From the IMG/VR virus record IMGVR_UViG_3300033076_001485, positions 59,470-123,469 of that record: 64,000 nucleotides of DNA, one strand, 5' to 3'. A program made the translations under genes and the position numbers. Source of the stretch: a virus. Taxonomy: Duplodnaviria > Caudoviricetes. This document shows, piece by piece, positions 42,251 through 50,435 of this stretch (position 1 is the stretch's first letter; each line of letters opens with the position of its first letter). The notes beneath the pieces were generated by a model. It was not told the DNA's origin. It saw only the letters and a list, made by a program, of their open reading frames with translations, and searched no databases.

Positions 42251-44728
42251 ATGTCTTTGAATGATAAAGTCGTCGAGTATTTTGGCGGCGATGATCTTGC
42301 TGCTGACGTTTTTAACAAATATGCGCTACGCGATGTCGATGGAAAGCGGCTGGAGACACTGCCGACAGACACATTCCGACGTCTTTCAAAAGAATTTGCA
42401 CGCATCGAGGCAAAATATCCTAATCCAATGTCAGAAGATGAGATTTTTTCTCTTCTAGACGGTTTTAAGAAAGTCGTCCCACAGGGCTCACCCCTCTCTG
42501 GCATTGGCAACCCATATCAGCTGCAGTCTCTGTCAAACTGCTTCGTTATCGATCAGCCACATGACTCTTACGGCGGCATTCTTTTTGCCGACCAGGAGCA
42601 GGTCCAGATCATGAAGCGACGCGGCGGCGTCGGCATGGATGTCTCCAAGATTCGTCCTAAAGGCCAACCTACCACCAATGCTGCTCGAACCACTGATGGC
42701 ATCGGCGTCTTCATGGAACGCTTCAGCAACTCTACACGTGAGGTTGCACAGGGCGGTCGACGAGGAGCTCTCATGCTCACCATCGACTGCAGACATCCCG
42801 AGATCGAGACATTCATCGACATCAAGCGTGACCTGAAGAAGGTGACAGGTGCCAACATCTCAATCCGGTTCACCGACGAGTTCATGCAGGCCGTCGAGAG
42901 TAACACGGGATTCTGCCTTCGCTGGCCTGTTGAGGCTCATCCGGAAGATGCTGAGATCGTGAAGATGGTCGATGCGAAGCAGATCTGGGACAAATTCGTA
43001 GATGCAGCTTGGACATCTGCAGAGCCCGGTGCACTCTTCTGGGATACAGTCGTTAATAACGGTATTGTTGACTGTTACAGCGACGTGGGATACAAGACGA
43101 TCTCGACTAACCCCTGCGGCGAGATCCCACTTAGCCCATACGACTCTTGTCGTCTGATGGTTGTCAATCTCACAACATTCGTTTCAAATCCTTTCACACC
43201 GAATGCAAAATTCAATTATGACGATTTCATTTCGGTTGTAGGAAAAGCACAACGACTTATGGACGACCTCGTCGATCTTGAGGTTGAGTGTGTTGATCGC
43301 ATTCTTGAGAAGATTGAGAATGACCCACAACCCAATAGCGTCAAGATGATTGAGAAGATGCTCTGGGCAAAGATTCGTGAGGCAGGTCTCAACGGCCGCA
43401 GAACAGGTCTTGGCATTACAGGCCTCGGTGACACGCTTGCAGCTCTCAATATTCAATACGGATCGCAGCTCTCAATTGAGACAACTGAAGCGATCTATCA
43501 GTATCTTGCAATGGGCGCACACAGGTCATCCTGCCAGATGGCAGTTGAGCGTGGAGCTTTCAAGGTATTCGACTACAACAAAGAGAAAGACCATCCATAT
43601 CTTTCAAGAGTCATGAATGCATGTGGCGATGATGTTCTTAAGCAATGGCAAACAACAGGTCGTCGCAATATCGCGCTGACGACCACGGCCCCTGTCGGTT
43701 CAATCTCCTGTCTCACACAAACAACAAGCGGCATCGAGCCTGCGTTCCTCCTCTCCTACAAACGCCGCCGCAAGATCACGCAGGGTGACACAAAGTCTGT
43801 TGCTGACTATGTCGATCCGATGGGTGACAAGTGGCAGGAGTACACGGTCTACCATCACTGGTTCAAGAAGTGGATGGATGTCACCGGTAAGACAGATCCC
43901 AAGGAGAGCCCATACTGGGGCGGAACTGCAAACGATATTGACTGGTCAAAGTCGGTTGAGATTCAAGCAGCAGCTCAAAAGTGGATTGATCACAGCATCA
44001 GCAAAACTTGCAATCTTCCAAATTCAGCTACACGTGAGACAGTTAATGATGTCTATCTAAAGGCATGGAGAACTGGTTGCAAGGGCTTCACGGTCTATCG
44101 TGACGGTTGCAGAACAGGTGTTCTTGTTGCAACTGACGAGAAGAAAGATGAGAAGCCAAAGACAGCTGCTGATGTGCATCCAAAGCGCCCAAAGGAATTA
44201 CCATGTGACATCCACCGTGTCGGTGTCAAAGATGAAAGCGGTAAGACACAATCTTGGATGGTTCTCGTAGGCCTCAAAGACGGCAAGCCTTACGAAGTCT
44301 TTAGCGGTCTAGCAAATCACATTGAAGTTCCAAAAAAGACTAAGGCCGGGACCCTGATCAAGAACGGCAAAGTTAATGGAATCTCCACGTACAATCTTCG
44401 AGTTCCCGTTGGTGCCGATGACGAGATCCTTTTCAAGGATGTTGCCAATCTGTTTGCAAATCCAACACAGGGTGCATTCTCTAGAACAATCTCTCTTGCG
44501 CTTCGACACGAAGTTCCAGTCAACTTTGTAGTTGACCAGCTCCAGAAAGACAAAGATTCTGATATGTTCACATACGCTCGTTGCATTGCACGTGTCCTCA
44601 AGGGTTATATCCCAGATGGAACAAAATCAACATCTGAAAAGAAGTGCAAAGAGTGCGGTAGCGATCAGGTCTTCTACATGGAAGGCTGTCTGACGTGCCA
44701 ATCTTGTGGTTCTAGTAAGTGCTCGTAG
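42251..44728 (+). CDS. nrdJ: Class II (adenosylcobalamin-dependent) ribonucleotide reductase
   Basis: LSNCFV, GGVG, RRGALM, TNPCGEIPL, RRTGLG, TTAPVG, SGIEP, SISKTCNLP, KGFTVYRDG; C-terminal Zn-ribbon/cysteine tail; no beta-subunit gene adjacent. Confidence 0.9.
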   Translation: MSLNDKVVEYFGGDDLAADVFNKYALRDVDGKRLETLPTDTFRRLSKEFARIEAKYPNPMSEDEIFSLLDGFKKVVPQGSPLSGIGNPYQLQSLSNCFVIDQPHDSYGGILFADQEQVQIMKRRGGVGMDVSKIRPKGQPTTNAARTTDGIGVFMERFSNSTREVAQGGRRGALMLTIDCRHPEIETFIDIKRDLKKVTGANISIRFTDEFMQAVESNTGFCLRWPVEAHPEDAEIVKMVDAKQIWDKFVDAAWTSAEPGALFWDTVVNNGIVDCYSDVGYKTISTNPCGEIPLSPYDSCRLMVVNLTTFVSNPFTPNAKFNYDDFISVVGKAQRLMDDLVDLEVECVDRILEKIENDPQPNSVKMIEKMLWAKIREAGLNGRRTGLGITGLGDTLAALNIQYGSQLSIETTEAIYQYLAMGAHRSSCQMAVERGAFKVFDYNKEKDHPYLSRVMNACGDDVLKQWQTTGRRNIALTTTAPVGSISCLTQTTSGIEPAFLLSYKRRRKITQGDTKSVADYVDPMGDKWQEYTVYHHWFKKWMDVTGKTDPKESPYWGGTANDIDWSKSVEIQAAAQKWIDHSISKTCNLPNSATRETVNDVYLKAWRTGCKGFTVYRDGCRTGVLVATDEKKDEKPKTAADVHPKRPKELPCDIHRVGVKDESGKTQSWMVLVGLKDGKPYEVFSGLANHIEVPKKTKAGTLIKNGKVNGISTYNLRVPVGADDEILFKDVANLFANPTQGAFSRTISLALRHEVPVNFVVDQLQKDKDSDMFTYARCIARVLKGYIPDGTKSTSEKKCKECGSDQVFYMEGCLTCQSCGSSKCS

Positions 44729-44754
44729 TAAATTAACTCACACGCAGGTATAAT
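44727..44754 (+). promoter_or_regulatory. Sigma70-like promoter, probably leaderless (clpP)
   Basis: AGTAAA-N16-TATAAT; ATG lies 6 nt downstream with no SD. Confidence 0.65.
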
Positions 44755-44760
44755 AACTAC

Positions 44761-45363
44761 ATGAACATCATCACACGCGTTTCTCCTCTCATTAAGGAGT
44801 GCGAACTCCGCGCTCCTCCTATCGTCATTCGTGTCAACAAGTTTGACGAGGACTCTGCAAAAGAGTTTAACCAGCATATGTCCATTGCACAATGCTCGGG
44901 ACAGAATGTCATTCCTGTCGTTATTGACAGTTATGGCGGTGAGGTATACTCACTCATGACAATGATTGATTCAATCAAGTCTTCTCGTGTTCCTGTCGCA
45001 ACTATCGTAGAAGGCAAAGCCATGTCCTGTGGTGCAGTCCTGCTCACTTGTGGAGCACCTGGCATGCGCTATGCATCACCCCATGCTACGATCATGATCC
45101 ACGAGGTTGCAAGCGGTAACCGAGGCAAGGTCGAAGAGATCAAGGCCGATGCCAAGGAGACCGATCGACTCAACGAGAAGATTCTCAAGATCATGGCACA
45201 GAACATCGGCAAGGACGAAGATTTCTTCCTTGATGAGATTCACACCAAGAAGCACGCAGACTGGTACCTTGAGCCTGAAGAGGCAAAGGAGATCGGTATT
45301 GTCAACCACGTCAAGGTTCCAGAGATGATGCTAACCGTGGACGTAAAGTACAAGTTTGAGTGA
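44761..45363 (+). CDS. clpP: ClpP-like protease
   Basis: IDSYGGEV, G.AMSCGA (catalytic Ser), IMIHE (His), DWYL...EA...GIV. Confidence 0.9.
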   Translation: MNIITRVSPLIKECELRAPPIVIRVNKFDEDSAKEFNQHMSIAQCSGQNVIPVVIDSYGGEVYSLMTMIDSIKSSRVPVATIVEGKAMSCGAVLLTCGAPGMRYASPHATIMIHEVASGNRGKVEEIKADAKETDRLNEKILKIMAQNIGKDEDFFLDEIHTKKHADWYLEPEEAKEIGIVNHVKVPEMMLTVDVKYKFE

Positions 45364-45722
45364 TGCATAGAAAGGCAGAACTATTATTTAAAGTCATAGC
45401 GTGGAGAACATTCTCCATGTGCTATGGTTTTTCAATAGCCTACCTTTTTACAGGAAATGCAGGAGAGTCGGCGGGGATCGTGTTTCTTACCGGTTCTACA
45501 TTGACTCTCCTGCAGTGGTTTTTTGAGATACTTTGGGACAAGTACGCAAGAGGAAGAATAAGACATGCCCTTTCAGGACAACACAGTAGAATTAGTCGGC
45601 TGGTACGGTGGCGACGAGACACACGCACTATCGGCGTGGACGAGCACGAGTCGGGATCTCACAGAGGAGAAGAAGTCACGAATCCCCTCTCTCCTGAAAA
45701 TGCTGGCCGAGAATGGACATGA
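45360..45722 (+). CDS. Small membrane protein (DUF2061-like N-terminus)
   Basis: K.I.WR......IAY.FTG....S..I.........W..E..W two-helix pattern; last 158 nt overlap thyX. Confidence 0.55.
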   Translation: MMHRKAELLFKVIAWRTFSMCYGFSIAYLFTGNAGESAGIVFLTGSTLTLLQWFFEILWDKYARGRIRHALSGQHSRISRLVRWRRDTRTIGVDEHESGSHRGEEVTNPLSPENAGREWT

Positions 45723-46197
45723 GACACCTTTTGAGAAGTCAAGTCTTCACTTTCTTGTGACAGTAGATACAGCAACACATATTCATCTTCTAAAGCATAG
45801 AATTGGCGTCTCAGTAAACGGCGAGTCTGCACGCTATAAAGAATTAAAGAGCGACAAGTACCTCGTTCCACGTGACTGGTCGCTTGAAGAGCAGACAAAA
45901 TATATCGCTTTCATGGAAGACGCTTTAATGCGTTATCATGAGACTTTAAAGCGACTTGTTGACGGCGGCATGGATCGAAAGCGCGCTAAAGAATCTGCAC
46001 GATTCTATTTGCCTTATGGTAATCAGGTTACAATGGACGTCATGTTCAACTGGAGATCATTCACACATTTTCTCGGCCTTCGAATGAAGCCTGATGCACA
46101 AAGAGAAGTGTGCTGGCTAGCAGAGGAAATGTTGCGTCAAGTTCGTGAAATTCCTGGTAATCCTTTTGAGCAGACAATTAACGCTTTCGGTTATTGA
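45565..46197 (+). CDS. thyX: Flavin-dependent thymidylate synthase ThyX
   Basis: GHETPFE, KHRIGVSVNGESARY (ThyX motif with Ser-x-Arg), ESARFYLP, NWRS..HFL.LR....AQRE. Confidence 0.92.
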   Translation: MPFQDNTVELVGWYGGDETHALSAWTSTSRDLTEEKKSRIPSLLKMLAENGHETPFEKSSLHFLVTVDTATHIHLLKHRIGVSVNGESARYKELKSDKYLVPRDWSLEEQTKYIAFMEDALMRYHETLKRLVDGGMDRKRAKESARFYLPYGNQVTMDVMFNWRSFTHFLGLRMKPDAQREVCWLAEEMLRQVREIPGNPFEQTINAFGY

Positions 46198-46225
46198 GTG
46201 ATATTTACATACAGCGAGTGTGTAA

Positions 46226-46618
46226 ATGTCGTTAAGCAATCCAGTTCTCGGCGAAGGATACGTTCCAGCGTATCAAATTTCTCCTATTCCATTTGTTACA
46301 GCATCATCTTTGAGTGTAGCACAAACAAAAAAGTATGATTTTACGTCAGTAACAAAGTCGCTATTTGTTCAAAATTTATCAAGTGCAGGCAATACACTTG
46401 CACTTTCATTTACAGAAAATGGATTAAAGCCCACTAACGGTAATTTTATTACACTTGGAGCAGGGCAGTCATTTTCACAAGACGTAAGAACATCAGTAAT
46501 TTTTGTATCAGCATCGTTAGGAACACCAGCTTTTCAAGTATTTGCTGGTCTTACCAACATTCCTGTTAAAAATTTCTTAACCGTCACAGGATCAAATGGT
46601 TATTCTGGCGTTGGTTGA
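46226..46618 (+). CDS. Hypothetical small beta-rich protein, probably virion-associated
   Basis: Ser/Thr/Gly-rich 130 aa; preceded by GATATTTA at 46200. Confidence 0.6.
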   Translation: MSLSNPVLGEGYVPAYQISPIPFVTASSLSVAQTKKYDFTSVTKSLFVQNLSSAGNTLALSFTENGLKPTNGNFITLGAGQSFSQDVRTSVIFVSASLGTPAFQVFAGLTNIPVKNFLTVTGSNGYSGVG

Positions 46619-46646
46619 TGTAAAATAAAGATTGTTACCCTATAAT
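46619..46646 (+). promoter_or_regulatory. Sigma70-like promoter of the glycosylase / nucleotide-metabolism operon
   Basis: TGTAAA-N16-TATAAT; GTG/ATG 4-7 nt downstream. Confidence 0.65.
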
Positions 46647-46650
46647 CTAG

Positions 46651-47079
46651 GTGATGACACCGCCTAGATCACCTTACAATCTCATTCAAGAGCAGGTTTA
46701 CGATGATCCCTGGAGGGTCTTCGTAGCCTGCATTTTTTGTAATCAGACAAAGCGTCTAACATCAGAGCCCATCATGTGGGAATTTTGGAGTCGTTGGCCA
46801 ACTGCATCAGATGCAGCTACAGCTCAATTCGAACACGTGCATGATCTGGTAAAAGATTTAGGATTAGGCATGAGGAGAGCAAGCGCACTCATTCGTCTAT
46901 CTCAAGATTATTCAACCAAAGATTGGCAGAGCGATCCGAAAAAGATGCTATTCGGCGTCGGCGATTACGCTCTTGCAGCATATCAGATCTTTTGCTTGTG
47001 TCAGTGGGCTCAGATTCCTGAACCTAAAGACGGTGCTCTGAAGAATTACTGGAAGTGGATCAACAACGTTCAAGACTAG
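46651..47079 (+). CDS. MBD4-like HhH DNA glycosylase domain protein
   Basis: PPRSPYNLIQE....DPWR..VACIF.NQT, LGL..RRA, L.GVG.YA..AY.IFC, P.D..L..YW.W follow the MBD4 glycosylase domain as recalled. Confidence 0.85.
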   Translation: MMTPPRSPYNLIQEQVYDDPWRVFVACIFCNQTKRLTSEPIMWEFWSRWPTASDAATAQFEHVHDLVKDLGLGMRRASALIRLSQDYSTKDWQSDPKKMLFGVGDYALAAYQIFCLCQWAQIPEPKDGALKNYWKWINNVQD

Positions 47080-47091
47080 AGGAGGTGTACC

Positions 47092-47901
47092 ATCCCTGAA
47101 GGACCAGAAGTTAAGATTGTTTCTGAATCGCTTGCTCGACAGATTGTGGGCAAAAGCATCACACGTATCAACTACTTGGGCGGTCGCTATGCTAAACATG
47201 GGCCACCTGACGGGCACACAGAAATTTCATCTGTGCTACCCCAGAATGTGTCTGTTGCATCTTGCAAGGGCAAGTTCATATACCTCACACTCGAGAATAA
47301 TTGGGTGATCTGGAATACACTGGGTATGACGGGTGGGTGGTCGAAGACGAAGCAAAAGCACAGTCGTGCTGAGTTCGTCTTAGATGACGGATCATCTGTA
47401 TTCTTCAACGATCCTCGCAACTTTGGCACGCTGAAGTATGTGCATGGCCTCGAAGCATTGCAAGAGAAGCTTGATGAGCTCGGGCCAGACATGCTTGCTG
47501 AGGACGTTAGCGATGAGCTGTTCATCTCGCGTATGCGTAAGAAGAATAGCCGTGTGATCACTGAGAATTTGATGGATCAAAAAGTAATTGCAGGAGTAGG
47601 GAACTATCTAAAATCAGAAAGTCTCTACTTTGCAGGAATCTCACCCATGAGAAATGTCAGCTCATTAACAGACGGTGAGCTTGCAAAACTTAATCACACT
47701 ATTAAATCAGTGATACGAGCATCATATCAAACGGGTGGTGCTACGATCTACACTTTTCAAGGATTTGATGGTGAGAAGGGGCAATACAGTCGCCGCTTCG
47801 CAGTTTATAATCAAGATAAGGACCCAAATGGGAGAGATGTGAAATCCTTCACATCACCTGAGGGCCGAACAACATTCTGGGTACCAGAGGAGCAAACATG
47901 A
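47092..47901 (+). CDS. mutM: Fpg/Nei family DNA glycosylase/AP lyase, zincless-finger type; probable ATC start
   Basis: In-frame (I)PEGPEV at 47092, KGKFIY, LGMTGGW, FNDPRNFG, LGPD, LMDQKVIAGVGNYLKSESL, GRTTFWVP. Confidence 0.9.
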   Translation: MPEGPEVKIVSESLARQIVGKSITRINYLGGRYAKHGPPDGHTEISSVLPQNVSVASCKGKFIYLTLENNWVIWNTLGMTGGWSKTKQKHSRAEFVLDDGSSVFFNDPRNFGTLKYVHGLEALQEKLDELGPDMLAEDVSDELFISRMRKKNSRVITENLMDQKVIAGVGNYLKSESLYFAGISPMRNVSSLTDGELAKLNHTIKSVIRASYQTGGATIYTFQGFDGEKGQYSRRFAVYNQDKDPNGRDVKSFTSPEGRTTFWVPEEQT

Positions 47902-48128
47902 ATTACAGACTTTCAGATCAGACAATCGGGCAGATTGCAAAACTTCTACAGATCGCAATCATTACGGGAACAGATATCGTCGATAATCTTAGGACTATTC
48001 GACTTCGCACTGACGACGGCGGTGAGTTTCTTGATCCTACACCAGACTATCTTGAGAATTTTGAGAAGAATCTGAGCGCAATGATCGAGAATCTTGCAGA
48101 TCAGACAAATAACACTACGAGTGAGTGA
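47898..48128 (+). CDS. Small hypothetical protein
   Basis: ATGA overlap, SD GAGGAG; LLQIAIITGTDIVDNLR. Confidence 0.7.
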   Translation: MNYRLSDQTIGQIAKLLQIAIITGTDIVDNLRTIRLRTDDGGEFLDPTPDYLENFEKNLSAMIENLADQTNNTTSE

Positions 48129-48129
48129 T

Positions 48130-48504
48130 ATGGACAAGCTTGATAGCATGTTTCAGATGCGCAAGGAGTTCATGGCAGCACTTTCTGCGCATGTACCCAA
48201 TGCGTATCCGCAGCAGCCAATTGATCTAGGCAGTAAGAAGTCACAGCAGCATTTTAGAGATCTTGCGCTGCGAGGTGTCGAAGAAGTATTCGAGGCACTC
48301 CAGCACCTAAAGAATACGAAGCCGCATCGTGTAACAGAGATTAATGAGCCTGTTGATGTTGATGCTTTCAAGGAAGAAATGGTTGATGCTTTTAATTTCT
48401 TTCTAACATTGCTTATTCTTATGGATGTTGACGCCAAAGACTTATACGAAGCATTCCAGAAGAAAGACCAAATCATTCACGATCGAATTCGGAATAACTA
48501 CTAA
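48130..48504 (+). CDS. All-alpha NTP pyrophosphatase (dimeric dUTPase / MazG-like)
   Basis: EEVFEA...K.H...EEMVD.F.F...K.......R...Y acidic metal-binding pattern. Confidence 0.8.
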   Translation: MDKLDSMFQMRKEFMAALSAHVPNAYPQQPIDLGSKKSQQHFRDLALRGVEEVFEALQHLKNTKPHRVTEINEPVDVDAFKEEMVDAFNFFLTLLILMDVDAKDLYEAFQKKDQIIHDRIRNNY

Positions 48505-49445
48505 TGAAATTCAAGAAGATGTTGAAGCGCCAGAGAGCATTCTCGAATCTGTTCTTTGACGCTGAGAAGTTTGATGATGTCAAACGAGAAGAAATGACAA
48601 AGTCATTCGCACTTGCACTTCACGGAGAAGTGTCAGCGCTCGTTAGCTCGATCAATTTCAAAGATCATCATGCAAATCGTAAAACTCCTGATCGCGAGAA
48701 GATTCTTTACGAGTCTGTTGATGTTCTTCGATATCTTCTTGCAATTATGAACACGTGGGGTTACACATCTGAAGAAGTCGATGACGCATTCAATGATAAA
48801 GATACATTCCTTCACATGCGTCACAAGAGCGAGACTGCTAAGTGGGACGGTCGACCCGTGCTTATTGTTGACGTTGATGACGTCATAGCACACTTTAGAA
48901 AAGACTACTTTAAGTGGCTTGAGAAGAAGTATAGCATCGAAATCCCACAGGACTATCCTGAGTATTACGCGTCTTCACCCCTGAAAGATAGGGGCATTAA
49001 TCCCGAAGCAACATTTAAGGACTTCATTAGCGATCGAAAACTCCGCGACATTGAACCCATTGATGGCATGATTAATGTTCTTCAACGCGCACAAGAAATG
49101 GGTTACTGGATTCAACTTCTTACAGCAAGGCCAGACCAGAATTTAATCTGCCTGTACGACACGTACCACTGGATCAGCCAGATGAAAATTCCTTTTGATG
49201 GACTTGCATTTAGCGGTGAGAAGTATCGTTGGGTAGTTCAAAGCCCATTTTACGGCCATGTTGCGGCATGCATTGATGATTCACCTAAACACGCTGCCGA
49301 ATATTCTTCGCATGGTTTGCTTGTATTTTCGCCAGCACTATCGTATAATACATCGTTGAGGGACGTAAAGAACGTCGTTCACTATAACAATCCAGATCAA
49401 CTTCTAGAACAGCTTTCTAATCTCATTAAGGAAAACTCAAAATAA
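48504..49445 (+). CDS. Fusion of a MazG/dUTPase-like domain and a HAD 5'(3')-deoxyribonucleotidase-like domain
   Basis: N-terminal GEVSAL...FKDH...ESVDVLRY; C-terminal VDVDDVIA (DxD), LTARP, IDDSPKH, YN; TAATG-coupled on both sides. Confidence 0.8.
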   Translation: MKFKKMLKRQRAFSNLFFDAEKFDDVKREEMTKSFALALHGEVSALVSSINFKDHHANRKTPDREKILYESVDVLRYLLAIMNTWGYTSEEVDDAFNDKDTFLHMRHKSETAKWDGRPVLIVDVDDVIAHFRKDYFKWLEKKYSIEIPQDYPEYYASSPLKDRGINPEATFKDFISDRKLRDIEPIDGMINVLQRAQEMGYWIQLLTARPDQNLICLYDTYHWISQMKIPFDGLAFSGEKYRWVVQSPFYGHVAACIDDSPKHAAEYSSHGLLVFSPALSYNTSLRDVKNVVHYNNPDQLLEQLSNLIKENSK

Positions 49446-50386
49446 TGCCACAGAATCTCGATCTCCAGCCCATCACTCTTCCCATGGCAATTCGTTTCGG
49501 CGAGGAGCCCACCACAGAGTTCGTCAACAGTCTTGATGCACTCAAGCTTGAGCTGGTTGATGCACCTGATCCCAAGTCTATTCGTCAGGCAGTTTACTGC
49601 TTCGTCAAGTCGACGTGGGCTGACCAGCATGTTCCTTACCGCGACGCAACAGATGCTGAGCTCTCTAAGACCATGGAGGACGTCTTCGCAGGTCGAGCTC
49701 TTCCAGCAGCAATGGAACTGATTGGTCTCACCTTCCTTGTGGGTGGTATCGACACACAGACTGTGACCCATCTCATCCGCCACCGCGCAGGTTCCTTTGC
49801 TGCACAGTGCACAGGTGACCGATGGCTTTCTCACGAGCGCAGCCTTGTCCCTGGTTCGATCCAGAACAGCCCAGAGTTCTACGCTCGCTGGCAGGCACAT
49901 GTGCAGGAGGCTAAGCAGCTCTACACAGACATGGTCGATTCTAAGACCATCAGCCTTATGGATGCACGGCACGTTCTTCCTAAGTGCCTCGAGACCTTCT
50001 ACTACATGCGCATGAATATTCGCGATGCATTTGCCTTCATCAAGCAGCGCCAGGACAAGCAGATCCAGCCTGAAGAGGATAACATGCTTGCAGCTCTCAT
50101 GGCACGTGAGATCCTCAAGGTGTTCCCCGAGGCGCACGTCGCAATTAACCTCCGTGAGCCTGCTTGGCACTACATCAAGACGTTCCGAAATGGTACAGGC
50201 ACGAACCTCTACTGGCCTGACGAGGATAGCGAGAAGCACCTCACATACCATCCGAATGATACGATCTATCAGGCAACTCGCGATGACATGAATGGTACTA
50301 GTGGTGGTGTTCCGCACTTCCGCAAGCTTTGGAATGAGACGCTCGCAGAGATTGACCAGCTCGTGGCTAATTATAAAGCGCGCTGA
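49445..50386 (+). CDS. Divergent ThyX-like flavoprotein (second paralog)
   Basis: AME...LTF...G....VTHLIRHR..SFAAQC, Y..MVD......DARHVLP, MN.R....FIKQR; the Ser-x-Arg of the ThyX motif is replaced by CTGDR. Confidence 0.8.
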   Translation: MPQNLDLQPITLPMAIRFGEEPTTEFVNSLDALKLELVDAPDPKSIRQAVYCFVKSTWADQHVPYRDATDAELSKTMEDVFAGRALPAAMELIGLTFLVGGIDTQTVTHLIRHRAGSFAAQCTGDRWLSHERSLVPGSIQNSPEFYARWQAHVQEAKQLYTDMVDSKTISLMDARHVLPKCLETFYYMRMNIRDAFAFIKQRQDKQIQPEEDNMLAALMAREILKVFPEAHVAINLREPAWHYIKTFRNGTGTNLYWPDEDSEKHLTYHPNDTIYQATRDDMNGTSGGVPHFRKLWNETLAEIDQLVANYKAR

Positions 50387-50435
50387 ATTTTTAAAAGACT
50401 TCCAGGCGTTTTATAATCGCTAATGGATTGGTGAA

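Noticed and set aside
47077-47079. Genome-wide TAG recoding, suggested by the in-frame TAG between the MBD4-like and Fpg genes
   Set aside because: Long conserved genes are intact under the standard code, and several end in TAG at natural C-termini (terminase, nrdJ).
49397-50317. 306-aa minus-strand ORF
   Set aside because: Antisense shadow of the codon-biased ThyX-like gene; no motifs, and all credible genes are on the + strand.
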